From UHGV virus genome UHGV-0175496: a stretch of 39,037 bases of DNA; one strand, given 5' to 3'. Below, piece by piece: positions 1 through 8,877 of this stretch. Made by a program: the position numbers and the translations under genes. How positions within the stretch are numbered: the stretch's first letter is position 1; every line of letters begins with the position of its first letter. This DNA is from a virus. The notes below the pieces were generated by a model, which saw only the letters and a list, made by a program, of their open reading frames with translations, did not search any database and was not told the origin of the DNA.

Positions 1-53
1 TTATCAATTTGTTGCAACGAACAGGTCACTATCAGTCAAAATAAAATCATTAT
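1..53. other. Lambda-type attP P' arm fragment with three tandem Int arm-type binding sites (AGGTCACTAT, CAGTCAAAAT, AAATCATTAT); the core/overlap sequence is not inside the window
   Basis: Sequence TTATCAATTTGTTGCAACGAACAGGTCACTATCAGTCAAAATAAAATCATTATTTG matches the lambda P' arm as remembered; it abuts the 3' end of int. Confidence 0.7.
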
Positions 54-1120
54 TTGATTTCAATTTTGTCCCACTCCCTGCCTCTGTCATCACGATACTG
101 TGATGCCATGGTGTCCGACTTATGCCCGAGAAGATGTTGAGCAAACTTATCGCTTATCTGCTTCTCATAGAGTCTTGCAGACAAACTGCGCAACTCGTGA
201 AAGGTAGGCGGATCCCCTTCGAAGGAAAGACCTGATGCTTTTCGTGCGCGCATAAAATACCTTGATACTGTGCCGGATGAAAGCGGTTCACGACGAGTAG
301 ATGCAATTATGGTTTCTCCGCCAAGAATCTCTTTGCATTTATCAAGTGTTTCCTTCATTGATATCCCGAGAGCATCAACATGCAATGTTGTTGGGATGGC
401 AATTTTTACGCCTGTTTTGCTTTGCTCGACATAAAGATATCCATCTACGATATCAGACCACTTCATTTCGCATAAATCACCAACTCGCTGCCCGGTAACA
501 ACAGCCAGTTCCATTGCAAGTCTGAGCCAACATGGTGATGATTCTGCTGCTTGATAAATTTTCAGGTATTCGTCAGCCGTAAGTCTTGATCTCCTTACCT
601 CTGATTTTGCTGCGCGAGTGGCAGCGACAGGGTTTGTTGTTATATGGCCTTCAGCTATTGCCTCTCGGAATGCATCGCTCAGTGTTGATCTGATTAACTT
701 GGCTGACGCCGCCTTGCCCTCGTCTATGTATCCATTGAGCATTGCCGCAATTTCTTTTGTGGTGATGTCTTCAAGTGGAGCATCAGGCAGCCCCCTCCTT
801 ATTGCTTTAATTTTGCTCATGTAATTTATGAGTGTCTTCTGCTTGATTCCTCTGCTGGCCAGGATTTTTTCGTAGCGATCAAGCCATGAATGTAACGTAA
901 CGGAATTATCACTGTTGATTCTCGCTGTCAGAGGCTTGTGTTTGTGTCCTGAAAATAACTCAATGTTGGCCTGTATGGCTTCAGTGATTGCGATTCGCCT
1001 GTCTCTGCCTAATCCAAACTCTTTACCCGTCCTTGGGTCCCTGTAGCAGTAATATCCATTGTTTCTTATATAAAGGTTAGGGGGTAAATCCCGGCGCTCA
1101 TGACTTCGCCTTCTTCCCAT
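50..1120 (-). CDS. int: Lambda-type tyrosine integrase Int
   Basis: 356-aa ORF; translation matches lambda Int almost end to end (MGRRRSHERRDLPPNLYIRNNGYY ... HELRSLSARLYEKQ ... DDRGREWDKIEIK); ATG start and TAA stop checked in sequence. Confidence 0.95.
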   Translation of the reverse strand: MGRRRSHERRDLPPNLYIRNNGYYCYRDPRTGKEFGLGRDRRIAITEAIQANIELFSGHKHKPLTARINSDNSVTLHSWLDRYEKILASRGIKQKTLINYMSKIKAIRRGLPDAPLEDITTKEIAAMLNGYIDEGKAASAKLIRSTLSDAFREAIAEGHITTNPVAATRAAKSEVRRSRLTADEYLKIYQAAESSPCWLRLAMELAVVTGQRVGDLCEMKWSDIVDGYLYVEQSKTGVKIAIPTTLHVDALGISMKETLDKCKEILGGETIIASTRREPLSSGTVSRYFMRARKASGLSFEGDPPTFHELRSLSARLYEKQISDKFAQHLLGHKSDTMASQYRDDRGREWDKIEIK

Positions 1121-1316
1121 TTCTGATCCTCTTCAAAAGGCTACCTGTTACTGGTCGATTTAAGTCAACCTTTACCGCTGATTCGTGGAACAGATATTCT
1201 CTTCCATCCTTAACCGGAGGAGGGAATATCCTGCATTCGCGCACCCATCGACGAACTGTTTCAAGGCTTCTTGGGCGTCGCTGGCGAGCGTTCCACTCCT
1301 GAAGTGTCAAGTACAT
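1098..1316 (-). CDS. xis: Excisionase Xis
   Basis: 72-aa ORF MYLTLQEWNARQRRPRSLETVRRWVRECRIFPPPVKDGREYLFHESAVKVDLNRP... matches lambda Xis; overlaps the int start as in lambda. Confidence 0.95.
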   Translation of the reverse strand: MYLTLQEWNARQRRPRSLETVRRWVRECRIFPPPVKDGREYLFHESAVKVDLNRPVTGSLLKRIRNGKKAKS

Positions 1317-1611
1317 CGCAAAGTCTCCGCAATTACACGCAAGAAAAAACCGCCATCAGGCGGCTTGGTGTTCTTTCAGTTCTTCAATTCGAATATTGGT
1401 TATGTCTGCATGTGCTATCTGCGCCCATATCATCCAGTGGTCGTAGCAGTCGTTGATGTTCTCCGCTTCGATAACTCTGTTGAATGGCTCTCCATTCCAT
1501 TCTCCTGTGACTCGGAAGTGCATTTATCATCTCCATAAAACAAAACCCGCCGTAGCGAGTTCAGATAAAATAAATCCCCGCGAGTGCGAGGATAGTTACT
1601 TGTTCATATTA

Positions 1612-1893
1612 TTAATCGTCAATGTATTTTGAGCATTGTGGGCAATCATCGATCCCACAATACGATTCATATGCATCCTTTATTGCGTCGCGGGCTTCAG
1701 TAAGAGTATTGAATAAGTTGCAGCTATTATCTTTTTGATATAGGTAAGTTCCTAATTTATAAGCAGAAGAAGCATCATTTCCGCTGTCTAAAATTACATC
1801 GTTATGGATTCTGCACCTTGCAAGAACTCCTGATCCCATAAGGGTCTGCATAGCCCATTGCTCTTGATCTTCACACAAATCATGAATGCTCAT
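1612..1893 (-). CDS. Ea8.5-like small Cys-rich protein
   Basis: 93 aa from the ATG at 1891-1893, preceded by GAGGTG; the track's upstream start is GTG. Resembles lambda Ea8.5 in size, position after xis and C-terminal CxxC...CPxC motif. AT-rich. Confidence 0.6.
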   Translation of the reverse strand: MSIHDLCEDQEQWAMQTLMGSGVLARCRIHNDVILDSGNDASSAYKLGTYLYQKDNSCNLFNTLTEARDAIKDAYESYCGIDDCPQCSKYIDD

Positions 1894-2007
1894 TTCAACA
1901 CCTCTCTTCACGTTTCACACACGTTAAGATTAACAGTGTTTTTACATGCTTTGGAAGATTTATTTTATAAAAACTCTTTTAATACAAATAGATATAATAG
2001 TTCACTA

Positions 2008-2805
2008 TTATAGCTCCTTTAATCGAGGCGGTTCTGGTAGAGGCATCCAGTGGGTTACACCGCCAATTGGCTCATCGTCGTCGTACTCCAATGCGGCTAT
2101 ATAGAACCCGTCACGACGAGAATAAGAAATCCCGGACATTACAATGCCATCCGAAACAACAATAATGTCACCCGTTTCTTTCGGCATTCGCTCACTACAG
2201 CTTATCCAACCATCCGGAGTCACCGGAAGCGAGAACGGCAGCACATCTCTGTGAACAAGTTTTTGCTGTGACAGGTTATCCAGAACTTTCTGTACTGCTG
2301 CATCACCGAATACACCAAGCGCATCTGCCATAACTCCTACAACCTGATAAGCCTCAGCGCATACCGTGGATAAACCATCCGGAATTACCGGAGAGTTGCC
2401 GGGTTCTTTAATGTGCAAGCGAGGCTCACCATCTTTTGGCTCAGGCCACTGGCGCTCCATGTTGATCTTCAATTTATCTTCCATAGCAGCGGTAATTTCA
2501 GCATCGCTGATGCCAGCACGGCGCTGTGCATCCCAGAACAGGAAATGCATATCAGCCCACTCGCTGAGATCGTCTGGTTCGGCTGCGGCTTCCAGAGCCT
2601 CTTTTGAGAGGTGTTTCAGTGGACCAATGGGGCCAACGCAGCCAAATGTGGAGTCAGACCATTTGGCATGCTCGTGGCGAATCAGTTCGCGTTCCAGTGA
2701 TGCCAGTGCAATTCGTGCCAGTTCCATTTGTTCGCCACGAGTAAGCCCGTTTTCAAGCGGATTTTTAATGAACAATTCAATACGTTCTTTGGTAATAGTG
2801 GTCAT
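2008..2805 (-). CDS. Phage protein with DUF550-like N-terminus (MazG-like dNTP pyrophosphohydrolase fold) and DUF551-like C-terminus
   Basis: 265-aa ORF; ATG preceded by AAGGA. C-terminal EPIGGVTHWMPLPEPP is typical of DUF551 tails in lambdoid early-left regions. Domain call is from memory of the family, not a search. Confidence 0.55.
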   Translation of the reverse strand: MTTITKERIELFIKNPLENGLTRGEQMELARIALASLERELIRHEHAKWSDSTFGCVGPIGPLKHLSKEALEAAAEPDDLSEWADMHFLFWDAQRRAGISDAEITAAMEDKLKINMERQWPEPKDGEPRLHIKEPGNSPVIPDGLSTVCAEAYQVVGVMADALGVFGDAAVQKVLDNLSQQKLVHRDVLPFSLPVTPDGWISCSERMPKETGDIIVVSDGIVMSGISYSRRDGFYIAALEYDDDEPIGGVTHWMPLPEPPRLKEL

Positions 2806-2815
2806 TTGTTAGTCC

Positions 2816-3571
2816 TTAAACTGCTAGTTGCAATTGCATTTCAAAGCGGTCGCGTTGTTCACAATACGCAAGAGAACCAGGGCTATTGTGTGCCTCAATC
2901 CGTTCTACCATTAATGCTGCGCGTGTCTCTTTACTTGCAGGTGCATAAGCCCCAGACCAGGCTTTATCAATACCGATGTTTCGAGCGACGTTCGTACTAT
3001 CTGCGCTGGCTAAGGGTAATTTTGTGAATATCAGCGGATTTAACATGCGCAATCCATGTAGTTTCGTAACCGGCTGACCATGCCCATCAACAATGTGACG
3101 AATCAGGTCTTTCATTCTGGCTACCGCAAGAGTTGGGCGCTTTACGTCATAGTCGCCACAACTACCGATAGCCACTCGCGGAAACTCATTGCACAAATGA
3201 ATAAATCGCGCGTCACTTTCATTCATGTGCCACACTGGAACGCCAGCTAGTTTTCCGTGAGGCCACTCATTCAGAAGCGCATCATTTTCCTCCTCTCCGC
3301 CATCAATAATATCCGGGATAATGGCAAAATCGAATCCTGGGTGATTCTTCCAGCGAGCAACAAACTCGTAGTAATCGCTCCAGTCGATTTTGTTTTTGCC
3401 AGCTGCTTTCCAGGCGGTGAATGCACCGTTGTCCAGCGCGAACGACTGACAGTATTCAGCCGCGAGATTGATCTGGCCTGAATGCGCAAAACTGATAAAC
3501 GCATGTCGCCCTTTCCATGCTCTCATTGCGCACGTATCAGGAGTAATAGGCCCACCGTGGTAGTGAATCAT
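2816..3571 (-). CDS. TIM-barrel tRNA-guanine-transglycosylase-superfamily protein (DpdA-like candidate); function unproven
   Basis: 251 aa from the ATG at 3569-3571, preceded by AAGGAG. Motifs FALDNGAF (cf. Tgt DSGGFQ), DFAIIPDIIDGG and RVAIGSCG are spaced like TGT barrel strands. No CxCxxC zinc site seen. Confidence 0.4.
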   Translation of the reverse strand: MIHYHGGPITPDTCAMRAWKGRHAFISFAHSGQINLAAEYCQSFALDNGAFTAWKAAGKNKIDWSDYYEFVARWKNHPGFDFAIIPDIIDGGEEENDALLNEWPHGKLAGVPVWHMNESDARFIHLCNEFPRVAIGSCGDYDVKRPTLAVARMKDLIRHIVDGHGQPVTKLHGLRMLNPLIFTKLPLASADSTNVARNIGIDKAWSGAYAPASKETRAALMVERIEAHNSPGSLAYCEQRDRFEMQLQLAV

Positions 3572-3572
3572 C

Positions 3573-3980
3573 TCACTCTCCTTTGATGCGAATGCCAGTA
3601 GCGCGGATTGCATCGATGACTTCAGAAACTTTGTATGCCATTACCGTTTGGTAATCATCGTGAAAATCTGTTCGATGAAGCATGCTGCTACGTTCCGGGA
3701 GCAGTATTTCCCGCGCTTCCAGTTCTGCAATGCGCTTTTTTGCTGCTTCCAATTCATCCAGTAATTCCAGCACGGTAGCCGGATTAGCCTTGGCAACAAA
3801 ATCCCGGACTGGCTTACAATCAATCTCCGCAATGGGTTGATACGATGTGTAGCCATGCTGTCTTGTATAACTACCGTGACGAATAACGAAAAAATCACCA
3901 TTTATTTTTTTAGCCTGCCACTTATCTTCACCGGCTTTCTCTGCCGCTTCACGCAGTGCCTGAGAGTTAATTTCGCTCAC
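3573..3980 (-). CDS. Ea22-like (Ead/Ea22 family) protein
   Basis: 135 aa; N-terminus MSEINSQALREAAEKA and C-terminus GIRIKGE match lambda Ea22 ends, with a different middle. Start codon is GTG in sequence, overlapping the upstream stop. Confidence 0.7.
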   Translation of the reverse strand: MSEINSQALREAAEKAGEDKWQAKKINGDFFVIRHGSYTRQHGYTSYQPIAEIDCKPVRDFVAKANPATVLELLDELEAAKKRIAELEAREILLPERSSMLHRTDFHDDYQTVMAYKVSEVIDAIRATGIRIKGE

Positions 3981-4198
3981 TTCGAACCTCTCTGTTTACT
4001 GATAAGCTCCAGATCCTCCTGGCAACTTGCACAAGTCCGACAACCCTGAACGACCAGGCGTCTTCGTTCATCTATCGGATCGCCACACTCACAACAATGA
4101 GTGGCAGATACAGTCTGGTAGTTCAGACGACGCATTTTTATTGCTGTGTTGCGCTGTAATTCTTCAATTTCTGATGCTGAATCAATGATGTCTGCCAT
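3977..4198 (-). CDS. TraR/DksA-family C4 zinc-finger protein
   Basis: 73 aa with CCECGDPIDERRRLVVQGCRTCASCQ (CxxC-N17-CxxC); ATG verified; coupled to the downstream gene by overlap. Confidence 0.75.
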   Translation of the reverse strand: MADIIDSASEIEELQRNTAIKMRRLNYQTVSATHCCECGDPIDERRRLVVQGCRTCASCQEDLELISKQRGSK

Positions 4199-4296
4199 CT
4201 TCCATTAATCCCTGAATTGTTGGTTAATACGCTTGAGGGTGAATGCGAATAATAAAAAAGGAGCCTGTAGCTCCCTGATGATTTTGCTTTTCATGT

Positions 4297-4608
4297 TCAT
4301 CGTTCCTTAAAGACGCCGTTTAACATGCCGATTGCCAGGCTTAAATGAGTCGGTGTGAATCCCATCAGCGTTACCGTTTCGCGGTGCTTCTTCAGTACGC
4401 TACGGCAAATGTCATCGACGTTTTTATCCGGAAACTGCTGTCTGGCTTTTTTGATTTCAGAATTAGCCTGACGGGCAATGCTGCGAAGGGCGTTTTCCTG
4501 CTGAGGTGTCATTGAACAAGTCCCATGTCGGCAAGCATAAGCACACAGAATATGAAGCCCGCTGCCAGAAAAATGCATTCCGTGGTTGTCATACCTGGTC
4601 TCTCTCAT
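4297..4608 (-). CDS. Lambda orf61-like protein with a longer, divergent C-terminus
   Basis: ATG at 4606-4608 overlaps the end of the orf63 homolog by 20 nt, as orf61 and orf63 do in lambda; 103 aa here against 61 aa in lambda. Confidence 0.5.
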   Translation of the reverse strand: MRETRYDNHGMHFSGSGLHILCAYACRHGTCSMTPQQENALRSIARQANSEIKKARQQFPDKNVDDICRSVLKKHRETVTLMGFTPTHLSLAIGMLNGVFKER

Positions 4609-4780
4609 CTGCTTCTGCTTTCGCCACCATCATTTCCAGCTTTTGTGAAAGGGATGCGGCTAACGTATGAAATTCTTCGTCTGTTTCTACTGGTATTGGC
4701 ACAAACCTGACTCCAATTTGAGCGAGGCTATGTGCCATCTCGATACTCGTTCTTAACTCAACGGGAGATGCTTTGTGCAT
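4589..4780 (-). CDS. Lambda orf63 homolog
   Basis: 63 aa [23 protein letters not shown]...; same size, overlaps and position as lambda orf63. Confidence 0.7.
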   Translation of the reverse strand: MHKASPVELRTSIEMAHSLAQIGVRFVPIPVETDEEFHTLAASLSQKLEMMVAKAEADERDQV

Positions 4781-4935
4781 ACAGCTCCCCGTTTATTATT
4801 TATCTCCTCAGCCAGCCGCTGTGCTTTCAGTGGATTTCTGATAACAGAAAGGCCGGGAAATACCCAGCCTCGCTTTGTAATGGAGTAGACGAAAGTGATC
4901 GCGCCTACCCGGATATTATCGTGAGGATGCGTCAT
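4753..4935 (-). CDS. Lambda orf60a homolog
   Basis: [26 protein letters not shown]... about 60 aa; ATG overlaps the exo stop in an ATGA arrangement as in lambda. Confidence 0.7.
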   Translation of the reverse strand: MTHPHDNIRVGAITFVYSITKRGWVFPGLSVIRNPLKAQRLAEEINNKRGAVCTKHLPLS

Positions 4936-5612
4936 CGCCATTGCTCCCCAAATACAAAACCAATTTCAGCCAGTGCCTCGTCCATTTTTTCGATGAACTC
5001 CGGCACCATCTCGTCAAAACTCGCCATGTACTTTTCATCCCGCTCAACCACGACATAATGCAGTCCTTCACGCTTCATACGCGGGTCATAGTTGGCAAAG
5101 TACCAGGCATCTTTTCGTGTCACCCACATGCTGTACTGCACCTGGGCCATGTAAGCCGACTTTATGGCCTCGAAACCACCGAGCCGGAACTTCATGAAAT
5201 CCCGGGAGGTAAACGGGCATTTCAGCTCAAGGCCATTGCCGTCACTGCATAAACCATCGGGAGAGCAGGCGGTGCGCATACTTTCGTCGCGATAGATGAT
5301 CGGGGATTCAGTAACATTCACGCCGGAAGTGAATTCAAACAGAGTTCTGGCGTCGTTCTCGTACTGTTTTCCCCATGCCAGCGCCTTAGCATTAACTTCC
5401 GGAGCCACACCGGTGCAAACCTCAGCCAGCAGGGTGTGGAAGTAGGACATTTTCATGTCAGGCCACTTCTTTCCTGAGCGGGGCTTGGCTATCACGTTGT
5501 GAACTTCTGAAGCGGTGATGACGCCGAGCCGTAATTTGTGCCATGCATCATCCCCCTGTTCGACAGCTCTTACGTCGATCCCGGTACGCTGCAGTATAAT
5601 GTCCGGTGTCAT
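4932..5612 (-). CDS. exo: Exonuclease (Red-alpha)
   Basis: 226 aa; matches lambda Exo throughout ([40 protein letters not shown]...). Confidence 0.95.
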   Translation of the reverse strand: MTPDIILQRTGIDVRAVEQGDDAWHKLRLGVITASEVHNVIAKPRSGKKWPDMKMSYFHTLLAEVCTGVAPEVNAKALAWGKQYENDARTLFEFTSGVNVTESPIIYRDESMRTACSPDGLCSDGNGLELKCPFTSRDFMKFRLGGFEAIKSAYMAQVQYSMWVTRKDAWYFANYDPRMKREGLHYVVVERDEKYMASFDEMVPEFIEKMDEALAEIGFVFGEQWR

Positions 5613-6394
5613 GCTGCCACCTTCTGCTCAGTGGCTTTCTGTTTCAGGAATCCAAGAGCTTTCACTGCTTCGGCCTGTGTCAGTTCTGACGATGCGCGAA
5701 TGTCGCGGCGAAATATCTGGGAACAGAGCGGCAATAAGTCGTCATCCCATGTTTTATCCAGGGCGATCAGCAGAGTGTTAATCTCCTGCATGGTTTCATC
5801 GTTAACCGGAGTGATGTCGCGTTCCGGCTGACGTTCTGCAGTGTATGCAGTATTTTCGACAATGCGCTCGGCTTCATCCTTGTCATAGATACCAGCAAAT
5901 CCGAAGGCCAGACGGGCACACTGAATCATGGCTTTATGCCGTAACATCCGTTTGGGATGCGACTGCCACGGTCCGGTGATTTCTCTGCCTTCGCGGGTTT
6001 TGAATGGTTCGCGGCGGCATTCATCCATCCACTCGGTAACGCAGATCGGATGATTACGGTCCTTGCGGTAAATCCGGCATGTACATGATTCATTGTCCTG
6101 CTCAAAGTCCATGCCATCAAACTGCTGGTTTTCATTGATGATACGGGACCAGCCATCAACGCCCACCACCGGAACGATGCCGTTCTGCTTGTCAGGGAAG
6201 GCGTAAATTTCTTTCGTCCACGGATTAAGGCCGTACTGGTTGGCGACGATCAACAATGCGATGAACTGCGCATCGCTGGCATCACCTTTAAATGCCGTCT
6301 GGCGAAGAGTGGTGATCAGTTCCTGTGGGTCGACAGAATCCATGCCGACACGTTCAGCCAGCTTCCCAGCCAGCGTTGCGAGTGCTGTACTCAT
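5609..6394 (-). CDS. bet: Single-strand annealing protein Bet (Red-beta)
   Basis: 261 aa; matches lambda Bet ([43 protein letters not shown]...). Confidence 0.95.
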   Translation of the reverse strand: MSTALATLAGKLAERVGMDSVDPQELITTLRQTAFKGDASDAQFIALLIVANQYGLNPWTKEIYAFPDKQNGIVPVVGVDGWSRIINENQQFDGMDFEQDNESCTCRIYRKDRNHPICVTEWMDECRREPFKTREGREITGPWQSHPKRMLRHKAMIQCARLAFGFAGIYDKDEAERIVENTAYTAERQPERDITPVNDETMQEINTLLIALDKTWDDDLLPLCSQIFRRDIRASSELTQAEAVKALGFLKQKATEQKVAA

Positions 6395-6399
6395 CCGTT

Positions 6400-6816
6400 T
6401 TATACCTCTGAATCAATATCAACCTGGTGGTGAGCAATGGTTTCAACCATGTACCGGATGTGTTCTGCCATGCGCTCCTGAAACTCAACATCGTCATCAA
6501 ACGCACGGGTAATGGCTTTTTTGCTGGCCCCGTGGCGTTGCAAATGATCGATGCATAGCGATTCAAACAGGTGCTGGGGCAGGCCTTTTTCCATGTCGTC
6601 TGCCAGTTCTGCCTCTTTCTCTTCACGGGCGATCTGCTGGTAGTGACGCGCCCAGCTCTGAGCCTCAAGACGATCCTGAATGTAATAAGCGTTCATGGCT
6701 GAACTCCTGAAATAGCTGTGAAAATATCGCCCGCGAAATGCCAGGCTGATTAGGAAAACAGGAAAGGGGGTTAGTGAATGCTTTTGCTTGATCTCAGTTT
6801 CAGCATTAATATCCAT
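6400..6816 (-). CDS. gam: Gam, RecBCD inhibitor
   Basis: 138 aa [55 protein letters not shown]... matches lambda Gam long form; the short form would start at MNAYY. Confidence 0.9.
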   Translation of the reverse strand: MDINAETEIKQKHSLTPFPVFLISLAFRGRYFHSYFRSSAMNAYYIQDRLEAQSWARHYQQIAREEKEAELADDMEKGLPQHLFESLCIDHLQRHGASKKAITRAFDDDVEFQERMAEHIRYMVETIAHHQVDIDSEV

Positions 6817-6914
6817 TTTTTATAAGCGTCGACGGCTTCACGAAACATCTTTTCATCGCCAATAAAAGTGGCGATAGTGAATTTAGTCTGGATAGCCATA
6901 AGTGTTTGATCCAT
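6771..6914 (-). CDS. kil: Kil, host cell-division inhibitor
   Basis: Internal start [47 protein letters not shown], 47 aa; overlaps gam and cIII as in lambda. Confidence 0.8.
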   Translation of the reverse strand: MDQTLMAIQTKFTIATFIGDEKMFREAVDAYKKWILMLKLRSSKSIH

Positions 6915-7047
6915 TCTTTGGGACTCCTGGCTGATTAAGTATGTCGATAAGGCGTTTCCATCCGTCACGTAATTTACGGGTGATTCGTTCAAGTAAAGAT
7001 TCGGAAGGGCAGCCAGCAACAGGCCACCCTGCAATGGCATATTGCAT
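6883..7047 (-). CDS. cIII: CIII, FtsH inhibitor stabilising CII
   Basis: Internal start [54 protein letters not shown], 54 aa, matches lambda CIII. Confidence 0.9.
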   Translation of the reverse strand: MQYAIAGWPVAGCPSESLLERITRKLRDGWKRLIDILNQPGVPKNGSNTYGYPD

Positions 7048-7119
7048 GGTGTGCTCCTTATTTATACATAACGAAAAACGCCTCGAGTGAAGCGTTATTG
7101 GTATGCGGTAAAACCGCAC

Positions 7120-7488
7120 TCAGACGGCCTTGATAGTCATATCATCTGAATCAAATATTCCTGATGTATCGATATCGGTAATTCTTATTCCTTCACCTCC
7201 ATCCATTGGAGGCCATCCTTCCTGACCATTTCCATCATCCCAGTCGAACTCACAAACAACACCATATGCATTTAAGTCTTTCGAAATTGCTATAAGCAGA
7301 GCATGTTGCGCCAGCATGATTAATACAGCATTTAATAAAGAGCCGTGTTTATTGAGTCGGTATTCAGAGTCTGACCAGAAATTATTAATCTGGTGAAGTT
7401 TTTCCTCTGTCATTACGTCATGGTCGATTTCAATTTCTATTGATGCTTTCCAGTCGTAATCAATGATGTATTTTTTGATGTTTGACAT
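7120..7488 (-). CDS. ea10: Ea10-like protein
   Basis: 122 aa MSNIKKYIIDYDWKASIEIEIDHDVMTEEKLHQINNFWSDSEYRLNKHGS... matches lambda Ea10; ATG verified. Confidence 0.85.
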   Translation of the reverse strand: MSNIKKYIIDYDWKASIEIEIDHDVMTEEKLHQINNFWSDSEYRLNKHGSLLNAVLIMLAQHALLIAISKDLNAYGVVCEFDWDDGNGQEGWPPMDGGEGIRITDIDTSGIFDSDDMTIKAV

Positions 7489-7650
7489 CTGTTCATATCC
7501 TCACAGAAAAAAATCGCCCTCACATTAGAGGTCAAAGAAGATTTCCAATAATCAGAACAAGTCGGCTCCTGTTTAGTTACGAGCGACATTGCTCCGTGTA
7601 TTCACTCGTTGGAATGAATACACAGTGCAGTGTTTATTCTTTTGTTTGCG

Positions 7651-7676
7651 TGAAAATGAAACCCGCCTGAGCGGGT
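7651..7676 (-). terminator. Intrinsic terminator just after the orphan gene (stem ACCCGC/GCGGGT, loop CTGA, then U-rich UUCAUUUUCA on the minus-strand transcript)
   Basis: Hairpin overlaps the TAA stop of the 7676..8545 gene; T-rich run follows in the direction of transcription. Confidence 0.5.
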
Positions 7677-8545
7677 TATGACCACTTTTTGTTTGGATTT
7701 CGTTGGTGAGCGTGGTTTACAGGATTATTTGATATACCCCATAACTCTGACTCGCTTATCTCTACACGAGAGAAAGACCTGCTTTCTTTCAGTTCTTTTA
7801 TAAACCTAGAACCTACGATGACATCTATTGTCCCAGAAAGTTCTTGTAAAAGATCTTTGTTTTTTCTGAGGAAGAAAACATCTTCTTTATATTTAATTTT
7901 TACATAGAATTTATTCTGTGTTTTTAATATATCAAAGCATGGCAGATATCTATATCCCTCATGCTTTCGCCACTGCTTAACAATTATAACATCTCTTTCA
8001 TTTACTGCATTAATCAGCCCAAGACCAAGTATAGGTATGAATATTCTATTGTCTGCCGAAAGCGTACAATTATCACCACCAGGCAAATATGTATAAATCA
8101 TGTCGGAATTTTTATACGCATCAACGAATGCACGTAAGAATCGTACATATTTTTGCCATCCGTTTATACCAAATTTACCATATAAGTATTCTTTATTTGT
8201 TAGAAGAAAACTATTTGTATCAGGAGCCTTATCTACAGACCTGTCGATAAGATCTCCAACTACGTTTACAAAGTCAAAGACAGAGTTTAATAAGAACAAT
8301 TGTCTTTCAGTCGGGCGAATTTCAATTATGTAGCCTGGATGAAGACGATATTGCATCTGCTTACGAAGTATACTGAACGCTTGGGTCCGGGCATCTGAAA
8401 GCAACTTCCTGTCGCCATCGCCGTGAGCATTGTTTCTAATAAAACTGATATAATTTGCTAATTTTTCAGCCTCTTTTTTGTGTTTTTTTCGCTCTGATGC
8501 TGAGTCTATTGGTTTTGGTATGGACTTGTAATCAATTTTCTTCAT
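7676..8545 (-). CDS. Orphan AT-rich protein of unknown function in the ral/sieB slot between N and ea10 (candidate exclusion, defence or anti-defence moron)
   Basis: 289 aa from the ATG at 8543-8545 (GAGG 6 nt upstream); the track start at 8557 is 4 codons upstream and overlaps the N stop as ATGA. About 25-35% G+C on sampled lines against ~50% flanks. No transmembrane run or motif recognised. Confidence 0.7.
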   Translation of the reverse strand: MKKIDYKSIPKPIDSASERKKHKKEAEKLANYISFIRNNAHGDGDRKLLSDARTQAFSILRKQMQYRLHPGYIIEIRPTERQLFLLNSVFDFVNVVGDLIDRSVDKAPDTNSFLLTNKEYLYGKFGINGWQKYVRFLRAFVDAYKNSDMIYTYLPGGDNCTLSADNRIFIPILGLGLINAVNERDVIIVKQWRKHEGYRYLPCFDILKTQNKFYVKIKYKEDVFFLRKNKDLLQELSGTIDVIVGSRFIKELKESRSFSRVEISESELWGISNNPVNHAHQRNPNKKWS

Positions 8546-8553
8546 TACGTACC

Positions 8554-8877
8554 TCATGCCAATGGAATGGATTTCCCTTTAACCTTTTGTCTTCCTTGAC
8601 AAGTTATACCGAACTCACTTGGCTTGCTATACCAAACTCGATGATTCTTGCGCTCAATACGTTGCAGGTTGCTTTCAATCTGTTCGTGGTATTCAGCCAG
8701 CACCGTAAGGTCTATCGGATTCAGTGCGCTTTCTACTCGTGATTTCGGTTTGCGATTCAGCGAGAGAATAGGGCGGTTAACTGGTTTTGCGCTTACCCCA
8801 ACCAACAGGGGATTTGCTGCTTTCCATTGAGCCTGTTTCTCTGCGCGACGTTCGCGGCGGCGTGTTTGTGCATCCAT
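8554..8877 (-). CDS. N: Antiterminator N
   Basis: Internal start MDAQTRRRERRAEKQAQWKAANPLLVGVSAKPVNRPILSLNRKPKSRVESALNPIDLTVLAEY..., 107 aa with the arginine-rich boxB-binding motif; matches lambda N. Confidence 0.9.
   Translation of the reverse strand: MDAQTRRRERRAEKQAQWKAANPLLVGVSAKPVNRPILSLNRKPKSRVESALNPIDLTVLAEYHEQIESNLQRIERKNHRVWYSKPSEFGITCQGRQKVKGKSIPLA

Noticed and set aside
301-824. Plus-strand ORFs 301..498 and 618..824
   Set aside because: They lie antisense inside the well-supported int gene and have no RBS or homology; typical overprinting frames.
1185-1538. Plus-strand ORFs 1185..1538 and 1271..1456
   Set aside because: Antisense to xis and its downstream leader; no RBS, composition unlike neighbouring genes.
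7482-7670. Plus-strand ORF of 62 aa between ea10 and the orphan gene
   Set aside because: It overlaps two hairpin/terminator structures of the minus-strand operon and has no RBS; more likely structured non-coding DNA.
7676-8545. Orphan gene as a SieB or Ral homologue
   Set aside because: No transmembrane segments as expected for SieB, and far larger than Ral; it stays unassigned.
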